NCBI GenBank assembly: GCA_964631135.1
Contig: CAZVVZ010000015.1
Location: 1 to 16,277, forward strand
Source: an uncultured Eubacteriales bacterium
GTDB taxonomy: Bacteria; Bacillota; Clostridia; TANB77; RGIG9151
Length of the DNA stretch: 16,277 bases
Direction: 5' to 3'
Positions 1-6,759 of this stretch are shown here, one piece after another. The translations under genes were made by a program, and so were the position numbers. Under the pieces are notes generated by a model. It searched no databases. It saw nothing but the letters and a program-made list of their open reading frames with translations, and was not told the DNA's origin. Numbering within the stretch: position 1 is the first letter of the stretch; each line of letters opens with the position of its first letter.

Positions 1-16
1 ATTCCTCCTAATTTTA

Positions 17-1444
17 TTAAACTTTCATTTCTTTACTGCCTATATATTTTTCTTCTGACTCAATAATAGGCTTAATATACTCCTCAACAAATTCTTCAAC
101 TTGCTTTGGTGCTCTGCCTATGTATTTTTCAGGAGTTAATATATCCTTCATTTCTTCTGATGTCAGAGAAAAACTGGCATCATTTTTTATCCTTTCTAAA
201 AGATCATTCTTAAGCCCAAATTCTTTTACCTGTCGGCCTGCCTCCATAGAATATAATCTTATTTTTTCATGCAATTCCTGCCTATTTCCGCCTTTTTTTA
301 CCGCCTCCATCATAATATTTTCAGTAGCCATAAACGGAAGTTCCTCTAAAACATGCTTTTCTATAACTTTCGGATATACAACCATGTCTGAAACAACATT
401 AAGGTAAATAAGTAAAATAGCATCAACTGCTAAAAATGCTTCCGAAATAGAAATCCTTCTGTTAGCAGAATCATCTAATGTTCTTTCAAACCACTGTGTG
501 CTTGCAGTCATAGCCGGATTTAATGTATCCGCCATAACATACCTTGCAAGTGAACAAATTCGTTCACTTCTCATAGGATTTCTTTTATACGGCATAGCAG
601 ATGAGCCAACTTGCTTCTTTTCAAACGGTTCTTCCAATTCTTTTAAGCTTTGTAACATTCTTAAATCATTAGCAAATTTATATGCACTTTGAGAAATACC
701 GGATAGACAGCTTATTACCCTAAAGTCTACTTTCCGTGAATAAGTCTGGCCTGTAATCGGGTACACATTTTCTACTCCAATTATTTCCGCTACCCTTTTT
801 TCAAGTTCTCTTACCTTATCGGAATCATTATTAAGTAATTCCATAAAACTTGCTTGAGTCCCTGTTGTACCTTTCACACCTCTTAATTTCATTGTACTCA
901 TTACAAAATTTAGTTCTTCATAATCTAAATACAATTCATGTAACCATAACGTAGCCCTCTTGCCTACAGTTGTAAGCTGAGCCGGCTGAAAATGAGTAAA
1001 GCCCAAAGTCGGCATATCTTTATATTCCATAGCAAAATTTGCCAATTTTTCCATAACCGCAACTAGTTTTTCTTTTATTAACTTCAGTGCATCCATCATA
1101 ATAAGTAAATCTGTATTGTCCCCCACATAGCAAGAAGTTGCACCTAAATGTATTATAGGCATCGCATTTGGACACTGAGTTCCATATGCATGAATATGTG
1201 ACATTACATCATGCTTAAATTTTCTTTCATACTCCTCTGCCACTTCATAATTTATGTCATCAATATGGGCTTTCATTTCTTCTGTTTGTTCATCAGTTAT
1301 TGGTAATCCAAATTCTTTTTCTGCTTCTGCTAAAGCTACCCAAAGTTTTCTCCATGTCCGAAACTTATTATCATCCGAAAACAAATATAACATTTCATTG
1401 CTTGCATACCTTTTTCCAAAAGGGCTTTCGTATTTATCATGCAT
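17..1444 (-). CDS. purB: adenylosuccinate lyase
   Basis: 475-aa ORF of typical PurB length. It carries the fumarate-lyase family signature [14 protein letters not shown] start with AGAGGA SD about 9 nt upstream. Confidence 0.95.
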   Translation of the reverse strand: MHDKYESPFGKRYASNEMLYLFSDDNKFRTWRKLWVALAEAEKEFGLPITDEQTEEMKAHIDDINYEVAEEYERKFKHDVMSHIHAYGTQCPNAMPIIHLGATSCYVGDNTDLLIMMDALKLIKEKLVAVMEKLANFAMEYKDMPTLGFTHFQPAQLTTVGKRATLWLHELYLDYEELNFVMSTMKLRGVKGTTGTQASFMELLNNDSDKVRELEKRVAEIIGVENVYPITGQTYSRKVDFRVISCLSGISQSAYKFANDLRMLQSLKELEEPFEKKQVGSSAMPYKRNPMRSERICSLARYVMADTLNPAMTASTQWFERTLDDSANRRISISEAFLAVDAILLIYLNVVSDMVVYPKVIEKHVLEELPFMATENIMMEAVKKGGNRQELHEKIRLYSMEAGRQVKEFGLKNDLLERIKNDASFSLTSEEMKDILTPEKYIGRAPKQVEEFVEEYIKPIIESEEKYIGSKEMKV

Positions 1445-1498
1445 TTATCTTCATTCCTCTCAAGAAAATATTCATTTTTTTATTATATTACCGATATA

Positions 1499-1527
1499 AT
1501 TATAGTAGAAATGACTAATTTAGTCAA
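1499..1527 (-). promoter_or_regulatory. sigma-A type promoter for purB (TTGACT-N17-TATAAT)
   Basis: The minus strand reads TTGACTaaattagtcatttctacTATAAT. The -10 is at 1499-1504 and the -35 at 1522-1527, with an exact 17-nt spacer, about 55 nt upstream of the purB ATG. Confidence 0.6.
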
Positions 1528-1561
1528 ATTGTTAAAAAAATAGGATATGGAGAGAATTCAC

Positions 1562-2287
1562 ATGAGGGCTAAAAACAAGCTTTTTGTAATAATTATACTA
1601 TTGCTTTTTATAAGTTTATCATTCTTTTTTTGTAAAAAAAATATTTCTTCCATTTCCAGCATAACCATTAGCTATGCTGATTCTATTTTTATACCTAAAA
1701 ATAATACTAACGAGGAGGAATATGGATTGGTTGATTTAAACTCACTTTCTAGCAACTTTATAATAGATTTAAGATATGCTTCTAAAAATAATTTTGCCGG
1801 GAAACAATTTTATCCGAAGATTGCAAAAGCATATTTACAAGAAAGCACCGCGAAAAAGCTTGTAGAGGCCAATGAAGAATTTTATCAGCTCGGATATAGA
1901 ATAAAAATATTTGATGCATATAGGCCGCGAAGGTATCAATACATGCTAAGAGAGGCCGCAGCAGAAATAAACCCTGCCACCCAGGGATATATTGCTAACC
2001 CAAAAACCGGTTCTCATCACAATCGAGGCACTTCTGTTGATATAACCCTAACAGACTTAGAAGGTCGTGAACTTGATATGCCAACAGGGTTTGACTATTT
2101 CGGTAAAGAAGCCGGTATAACTTATAACGGCTGTACCGAAGAGCAAAAAGCCAATAGAGAATTGCTGGGAACTATAATGGAAAAGCATGGATTTAGAAGG
2201 ATAAATTCTGAATGGTGGCATTTTGATGATGTCGATTTTATTGATTATCCTTTGCTTGATGTTGACTTTATTGATTTATATGAGTAA
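1562..2287 (+). CDS. M15-family D-Ala-D-Ala dipeptidase (VanX-like), N-terminal membrane anchor or signal peptide
   Basis: VanX/M15D motifs are present: YRP(R), GSHHNRGTSVD and EWWHF. The N-terminus is hydrophobic (KLFVIIILLLFISLSFFF). Start placed at ATG 1562 (GGAGAG SD 7 nt upstream) rather than the track start 1547, which has almost no SD spacing. Confidence 0.85.
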   Translation: MRAKNKLFVIIILLLFISLSFFFCKKNISSISSITISYADSIFIPKNNTNEEEYGLVDLNSLSSNFIIDLRYASKNNFAGKQFYPKIAKAYLQESTAKKLVEANEEFYQLGYRIKIFDAYRPRRYQYMLREAAAEINPATQGYIANPKTGSHHNRGTSVDITLTDLEGRELDMPTGFDYFGKEAGITYNGCTEEQKANRELLGTIMEKHGFRRINSEWWHFDDVDFIDYPLLDVDFIDLYE

Positions 2288-2314
2288 AAGATTGCTCAAG
2301 AGAATTTATTGCAA

Positions 2315-2341
2315 CAAAAAACTGCCGGTAATACCGGCAGT
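2315..2341 (-). terminator. intrinsic terminator downstream of the csp gene (also faces the convergent peptidase gene)
   Basis: 9-bp GC-rich stem ACTGCCGGT/ACCGGCAGT (2321-2341) with a 3-nt loop. On the minus strand it is followed by TTTTTT (A-run 2315-2320). It lies between convergent stops at 2287 and 2395. Confidence 0.8.
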
Positions 2342-2394
2342 ATATTGTTAAAAACGGACATCGAAATCATCTTCAAACAATATTTGTTTTTGAA

Positions 2395-2601
2395 TTAAAG
2401 AGCAACAACGTTTGCAGCTTGTGGACCCTTAGCTCCATCAACTACTTCAAATTCAACTTCTGCACCTTCTGCTAAGCTCTTATAACCTTCCATACTGATA
2501 GCTGAAAAATGAACAAATACGTCATTTCCGCCTTCTCTTTCGATAAATCCGTAACCTTTTTCAGAATTAAACCATTTAACTTTTCCTTTTTCCACTTTCA
2601 C
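2395..2601 (-). CDS. cspA: cold-shock protein (CspA family, CSD)
   Basis: [14 protein letters not shown] (RNP1) and VFVHFS (RNP2) motifs, 66-68 aa. The track start is GTG 2601, only 3 nt from AGGAGG. The in-frame GTG at 2595 (9-nt spacing) is an equally good or better start. Confidence 0.95.
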   Translation of the reverse strand: MKVEKGKVKWFNSEKGYGFIEREGGNDVFVHFSAISMEGYKSLAEGAEVEFEVVDGAKGPQAANVVAL

Positions 2602-2683
2602 ATTCCTCCTAAAACATACTTTTTACCCTTATTACAAGTAAAGCTCGTGTTTATTGCCGATGTCGTACAAAAACTACTCCTTT

Positions 2684-2712
2684 AATGTATCACACTTAAT
2701 TTCTAATGTCAA
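2684..2712 (-). promoter_or_regulatory. sigma-A promoter for csp with extended -10 (TTGACA-N17-TACATT)
   Basis: The minus strand reads TTGACAttagaaattaagtgTGaTACATT, with a consensus -35, 17-nt spacer and TGn extended -10. It leaves a 5' UTR of about 75 nt, typical of csp genes. Confidence 0.6.
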
Positions 2713-2748
2713 CAGATACATAGACTAGTTTTTTAATTTTCCGAGTTT

Positions 2749-2916
2749 GTTACTAGTCAGAGTATATGCCGCTGGTCAGAGTACATGAAATAAGATATAT
2801 ATTTTATCGGAACTCAGGATTTGCGACGAAAGACTTTAAAAAATACGGGAAGTCTTTCGGCAAATATTCGTTCCTTTTAAAACATATATCTTATTTCATG
2901 TACTCTGACTAGTAAC
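2749..2916 (+). mobile_element. foldback (long imperfect palindrome) repeat element, copy 1, flanked by 8-bp direct repeats
   Basis: 168-nt hairpin-forming palindrome. Arms 2749-2764 plus 2784-2800 pair with 2884-2916. The core 2795-2889 is 93/95 identical to 9931-10025. CCGAGTTT is directly repeated at 2741-2748 and 2917-2924, exactly abutting both ends. No ORF. Confidence 0.85.
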
Positions 2917-2945
2917 CCGAGTTTTTTAATTTTCCTAAAAATCAC

Positions 2946-2974
2946 TTGTAACTTTTATATTTTTTTTGTACAAT
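2946..2974 (+). promoter_or_regulatory. sigma-A promoter for the WG-repeat gene (TTGTAA-N17-TACAAT)
   Basis: TTGTAA at 2946-2951, 17-nt T-rich spacer, TACAAT at 2969-2974, about 35 nt upstream of ATG 3010. The SD is AGGGTGGG. Confidence 0.5.
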
Positions 2975-3009
2975 AGATAAGTGTTATACTTAAGAAGGGT
3001 GGGAATTTC

Positions 3010-3906
3010 ATGTCTGTTGTTTCACCGGAGCAGTTTGCTATGTTGAAATTTGCAAATAAAGACTTTAAAAATATCCAAAAGCACTATAAAAAATTTCATG
3101 ATATAAATTCAAATAAGTACCTTGCTGTATATAAACAAGGGCTTTACGGTATTTTAGATATGGAAACTGAAAAATTAGTAGTACCTCATAAATATCAAAA
3201 GATATGTGACTTTAAAGAAAATTTTGCATGGGTTAAAGCGAAGAATAAATGGGGTTTTATAAATAAAGACCTTATCGAAATTGTTCCGCCCAAGTATGTA
3301 GATGCATTTGGATTAGATAATGGTAATTTTCAGTTAGGAGTAATACATTGTGTCGGTACCCCTCAAATAACTGATGATTTGTCCGGGCTAACAACCTGGT
3401 ACAAAGAAAATCGTAAAAAGAATCCACCTATATTATATAATAGGATTCAAGGATTCAGCGAAGGGTTAACCCCTATAAAGCTCCGTAAGAAATGGGGATT
3501 TATAGATACAAATGGGAATTTAGCCATAAAGCCAAGGTTTGAATATGCGAAGCCATTCTCTTTTGGAACTTCTGCTGTGTGTCTTAATGGAAAATGGGGA
3601 TTTATAAATAGTAAAGGTATTTTTGTTATAAAACCACAGTATGCTGACTGCACATCGTTTATGAAACATTCTCAAGCATTAGCAAAGGTGAACTTAAAAC
3701 GGCCTGCCCATAATGCAATTCTTGCATATTTATATAGTGTATTTAAAAAGGTGTACGTTCCTACAAATACCGATTCGCCGTTCGCCCAAGTAGAAATACC
3801 TTCTGAAGATATTGGAAAAATAAAAATCGCTTACATAGATCCTAATGGGATAAAAATAAAAAGAAGTGCAAAAAAAGATATTGAAGTGCACTCTGAAATA
3901 TATTAG
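3010..3906 (+). CDS. WG-repeat (KWG-type beta-propeller-like repeat) protein, cytoplasmic
   Basis: Repeated motif KWGFI(N/D)xxG three times (NKWGFINKD, KKWGFIDTNG, GKWGFINSKG), plus a degenerate LYGILDMETEK unit. No signal peptide. Confidence 0.8.
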   Translation: MSVVSPEQFAMLKFANKDFKNIQKHYKKFHDINSNKYLAVYKQGLYGILDMETEKLVVPHKYQKICDFKENFAWVKAKNKWGFINKDLIEIVPPKYVDAFGLDNGNFQLGVIHCVGTPQITDDLSGLTTWYKENRKKNPPILYNRIQGFSEGLTPIKLRKKWGFIDTNGNLAIKPRFEYAKPFSFGTSAVCLNGKWGFINSKGIFVIKPQYADCTSFMKHSQALAKVNLKRPAHNAILAYLYSVFKKVYVPTNTDSPFAQVEIPSEDIGKIKIAYIDPNGIKIKRSAKKDIEVHSEIY

Positions 3907-3927
3907 AAATAATAGTTTTACAATAAA

Positions 3928-4040
3928 GCAGATGTCATATAGTTTAACGTTGCTCAGAATTCACGGTGAAAATCTTTTATCATATGCTATAAGTCGGTTT
4001 CCTGTGAATATTCGCATCTTTTAAACTATATGACATCTGC
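3928..4040 (+). repeat. diverged member of the foldback element family (copy 3), probably acting as terminator between convergent genes
   Basis: Perfect 20-bp outer stem GCAGATGTCATATAGTTTAA/TTAAACTATATGACATCTGC. The inner part has the same internal-loop motif as copies 1 and 2 (TCAGAAT opposite ATATTC), flanked by covarying helices. It is followed by ACTATTTTTTT on the plus strand. Confidence 0.7.
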
Positions 4041-4146
4041 ACTATTTTTTTACTTACGAAGGCTTTTTCAGCAGCCTCCAATAAGCTCCTATTTTGTTAT
4101 AAAGCCATTGATATTGAACTTTACTCTGGTTAGTATCTGATAATGC

Positions 4147-4578
4147 TTAGTCTTTCCAGTCTCTATCTTCGCAAATATCACATAAGCATTGAGAAATCTC
4201 AACGTCAAAATCACAGTCTAGTGCAATATCTCCTAAAGAGACTAACCCTACCAATTTTTCGTTATCAACTATCGGCAACCTTCTAACCTGCCAGTCTGAC
4301 ATAATCTCGCAAGCCTCATCTAGAGACATATCCGGTCTCCCTGTTTTTACACCCGAAGTCATAATATCTTTAACCATAGTAGTTTCGGGATCCTTTCCTT
4401 CAGCAATATTTCTGACAACAATATCCCTATCAGTAACCAATCCAAGTAAAACCTGGTTGTCATTACATACAGGGACCACTCCTATGTCATATTTTTGCAT
4501 TATTTCAGCAGTTTTTTTAAGGTCTGTGTTAGGTGTAACCCATTTTAAATTTGTGTTCATAATTTCTTTAATTTTCAT
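4147..4578 (-). CDS. CBS-domain pair protein
   Basis: Two CBS repeats (IMxxxxxxVxPxxxL...A...M....IGxxPV and RRLPIVDNEKLVGLVSLGDI). The track start is TTG 4596, inside the upstream T-run. ATG 4578 has a GAAGGGA SD 9 nt upstream. Confidence 0.85.
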   Translation of the reverse strand: MKIKEIMNTNLKWVTPNTDLKKTAEIMQKYDIGVVPVCNDNQVLLGLVTDRDIVVRNIAEGKDPETTMVKDIMTSGVKTGRPDMSLDEACEIMSDWQVRRLPIVDNEKLVGLVSLGDIALDCDFDVEISQCLCDICEDRDWKD

Positions 4579-4594
4579 TTTGCTCATTCCCTTC

Positions 4595-4631
4595 AAAAAA
4601 AATAGACAACCTTAGTTTGCCTATTTTTTTT
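4595..4631 (-). terminator. weak intrinsic terminator after the secreted-protein gene
   Basis: Stem AATAGACAA/TTGCCTATT (4601-4609 with 4617-4625, one mismatch) and a 7-nt loop. It is flanked by an A-run and a T-run, so the minus strand has a U-tract after the stem. Confidence 0.45.
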
Positions 4632-4635
4632 GCAT

Positions 4636-5145
4636 TTATTCAGTGACTGAACCTGTCTCATAATAATTTATTGTAAATGTCACAGGGTTTGATGGCATTG
4701 AAAAAACTGAAATCGGATATTTCAACCAGCTAGGTGAGAATGTCATTCCACTAATATCCCAACCTCCAAAGTAATAATCATTAGTATTAGTTATAGCCTG
4801 AACAACTACCGGCTCTCCAACTATTTTACTTGAATTTTTTAGAACAAAAAGTCCTGTATCTATAGTTATTTCCTGTCTATCCTCAGCCATTATAGCCTCT
4901 ATTACAACATTACTCTCCGGCATAATAAACTCATCATCAGTAATCGTAACACCGCCCTCTTTTACATTCCAGCCGGTTATTTCAGGAATTTTAATGTCTA
5001 AATCTATTACCTCACCGACATCTCCCGAAACGACTAAATCTATACCTTTTATTCTTAATGTTACTGTATATGGACTGCTCACACTGGCAAAAGAAACATT
5101 TAATGCTAAAAATATAAATAAAAAAAGCGAAACTAATTTTTTCAT
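4636..5145 (-). CDS. secreted hypothetical protein with signal peptide
   Basis: N-terminus MKKLVSLFLFIFLALNVSFA is a classic signal peptide. Two loosely repeated beta-rich segments end in xTGWNV and YYFGGWDISG, faintly resembling the Listeria-Bacteroides (Flg_new) repeat. Start moved to ATG 5145 (GAGGTG SD 7 nt upstream); the track start is GTG 5160. Confidence 0.7.
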   Translation of the reverse strand: MKKLVSLFLFIFLALNVSFASVSSPYTVTLRIKGIDLVVSGDVGEVIDLDIKIPEITGWNVKEGGVTITDDEFIMPESNVVIEAIMAEDRQEITIDTGLFVLKNSSKIVGEPVVVQAITNTNDYYFGGWDISGMTFSPSWLKYPISVFSMPSNPVTFTINYYETGSVTE

Positions 5146-5224
5146 ACTATTACACCTCACTTAATCTTTAGTAGTATCGGCATTTCTAAGCTTTTACTTT
5201 ATACATTCTGTTATTTACTATTGG

Positions 5225-5944
5225 TCAAATCACTACGTCAATTCCGGCTTTTTGTGCCTGAGAATGTTGAAATTTCCTTGAAATTCTATACAACTTTTTA
5301 TTCTTTATGAATTTTGCCCCTGTTTGTTTAAATAAAAAGGGAACATTTGCTTCGATACACTGCCTTCTTATATCTAGTACCCACTCATAGTCACATATTC
5401 TTGCTTCTTCACCGGATTCTCCCCCAACAATAACTTCTTCAATATTTTCTTTCAAATAATTTTCTAAGTTAATAGACTCCAATAAAGGCTCACATATTAT
5501 TTTTTTATGCTTTATAGGTAATTCCTTATATATTGGAAGCCTTTCGTCCGCACGTTTTTGATTTTCACATGTGCAGTACATGACCACATTATCCCAGCCA
5601 TCATTCCAATCGTCTGGTAAACCCACATTAAATCTCTCAATTCGTTTTGTTATAATTAAAAAAGTGCAATCTTTTCGCTCTCTTATTATATCCCATGCTT
5701 CTTTTCGCCATTCATCCGTATCTTCCAAGAAAAAATCTGATGTAAGACAAGTATAAATCAGCTCTCCGCTTTTTACCTTATATTCGCCTTTCCTATTTTT
5801 CTCTATAGGGAGGTAAAATACTTTATTCCTTTTAACCGTACTACTATCAATATCATATTCAGAATCACGTCTATAAACATAGCAGTTCATACAGCCTTCG
5901 CTTTTTTTCTTGCAACCATGCCACAAATTCCAAGAAACAGCCAT
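5225..5944 (-). CDS. DUF5131 (phage Gp37/Gp68 family) three-Cys-motif protein
   Basis: N-terminal WNLWHGC-x6-C-x2-CY motif and C-terminal VIVGGESGEEAR...VPFLFKQTG are the hallmarks I recall for PF07505/DUF5131. The ATG directly abuts the upstream stop (TAAATG) and has an AAGGTGA SD. Confidence 0.8.
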   Translation of the reverse strand: MAVSWNLWHGCKKKSEGCMNCYVYRRDSEYDIDSSTVKRNKVFYLPIEKNRKGEYKVKSGELIYTCLTSDFFLEDTDEWRKEAWDIIRERKDCTFLIITKRIERFNVGLPDDWNDGWDNVVMYCTCENQKRADERLPIYKELPIKHKKIICEPLLESINLENYLKENIEEVIVGGESGEEARICDYEWVLDIRRQCIEANVPFLFKQTGAKFIKNKKLYRISRKFQHSQAQKAGIDVVI

Positions 5945-6283
5945 TTATCTCACCTTATCCTTTAACTTATCATACTGCTTATACATTTCCTGAACAGAGT
6001 TTTCTAAAAAATAATAATGAAAAATATATGGAACTAACAATATAGTAAAAAGAAATAAAAGTAAAGAACAGCTAAAATTTGAAGTCGTAAAAAATGCAAA
6101 TAATGCAATGATATCCATAATAGCGAACAGTACAGTAACTATAAGGTGTACAAGTCGCTCGTGCTGAAAAAACTTTACTTTTATTAAATGTGTGGAAATG
6201 GCTTCATCAATCTCTTTAGGAGAATGCTCTTCCTCTAAAAATTTATTTATTTTTTTTACATATTCACAAGCATAATTAGCCAT
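5945..6283 (-). CDS. small membrane protein (about 2 TM helices), unknown function
   Basis: 112 aa with an acidic N-terminal segment, then two hydrophobic helices (LVHLIVTVLFAIMDIIALFAFF and SLLLFLFTILLVPYIFHYYF). GGGGGGA SD. Translationally coupled to the DUF5131 gene. Confidence 0.6.
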   Translation of the reverse strand: MANYACEYVKKINKFLEEEHSPKEIDEAISTHLIKVKFFQHERLVHLIVTVLFAIMDIIALFAFFTTSNFSCSLLLFLFTILLVPYIFHYYFLENSVQEMYKQYDKLKDKVR

Positions 6284-6315
6284 ATAATCCCCCCATTACC
6301 GCATACTCCCAAAAA

Positions 6316-6747
6316 CTATATTTTCATTAAAATAAAGCCAACTAAAGCTCCGTAAATAGCTCCAACAAAAACTTGAATCGGAGTATGTCCTAAAAGCTCT
6401 TTTAACTTTTCATTCGTATCAACCTTAACCTGCTTAGAATTGATAAGCTGATTTAAAATTTGAGCTTGTTTGCCAGCTGCACGTCTTACACCTGCCGCAT
6501 CATACATAACAATAAAAGAAAAAACAAAAGAAACAGCAAACATAGGCGAATAAAACCCCTCCGACATCCCAACAGCCGTCATTAAAGATGTAACAACAGC
6601 CGAATGAGAACTAGGCATTCCTCCAGTTTCTACAAACCTTCTGAAGTTTATCTTTTTATGTATAACTGCATCTGTAAGCAACTTAAAAATCTGTACCGTA
6701 AACCATGTAACAGTTGGAATTATTAAAAATTTATACTTTAAAATCAT
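6316..6747 (-). CDS. divergent PAP2 family membrane protein (DUF212, YuiD-like)
   Basis: GGMPSSHSA and YDAAGVRR motifs with about 4 TM segments, characteristic of the acid phosphatase/vanadium haloperoxidase-related DUF212 family. AAGGAGAG SD. It starts 12 nt after ispA. Confidence 0.85.
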   Translation of the reverse strand: MILKYKFLIIPTVTWFTVQIFKLLTDAVIHKKINFRRFVETGGMPSSHSAVVTSLMTAVGMSEGFYSPMFAVSFVFSFIVMYDAAGVRRAAGKQAQILNQLINSKQVKVDTNEKLKELLGHTPIQVFVGAIYGALVGFILMKI

Positions 6748-6759
6748 ACTTTTCTCTCC

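Noticed and set aside
120-1518. Plus-strand ORFs 120-407, 498-692, 1254-1499 and 1300-1518 inside or overlapping purB. Similar antisense ORFs occur elsewhere (5571-5756, 8566-8778, 8925-9194, 9652-9924, 10451-10663, 10930-11184, 11665-12036, 12817-13062, 13609-13794, 14481-14693, 14677-14865).
   Set aside because: All lie antisense to long, well-supported conserved genes. They have low-complexity S/F/L/I-rich translations typical of the reverse strand of AT-rich coding DNA, and no SD sequences.
1445-1561. Checked 5' leaders of purB, the asp23 operon, typA, cmk and csp for riboswitch, T-box or other leader structures.
   Set aside because: With the promoters placed as above, the leaders are short (about 25-75 nt). 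They show no conserved riboswitch cores, specifier/T-box sequences or terminator-antiterminator pairs that I can recognise.
3447-3653. A minus-strand 68-aa ORF with an internal INPHF repeat.
   Set aside because: It is the antisense image of the KWGFI(N/D) repeats of the WG-repeat protein and not an independent gene.
3980-4081. A possible 33-aa minus-strand small ORF (TTG start, AGGAG 4 nt upstream) runs from the CBS-gene 3' region into hairpin copy 3.
   Set aside because: The SD spacing is short and the start is non-ATG. The reading frame runs through both arms of a palindrome, and there is no recognisable peptide features. It is most likely fortuitous.
6748-6759. I looked for OLE RNA. The asp23-nusB-xseA-xseB-ispA gene order is the neighbourhood where, as I recall, the ~600-nt OLE RNA and oapA sit in anaerobic and extremophilic Firmicutes.
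   Set aside because: Only 12 nt separate ispA from the next CDS, and no other gap in the operon exceeds about 35 nt. There is no space for a large ncRNA, and the downstream protein looks like DUF212 rather than what I remember of OapA.
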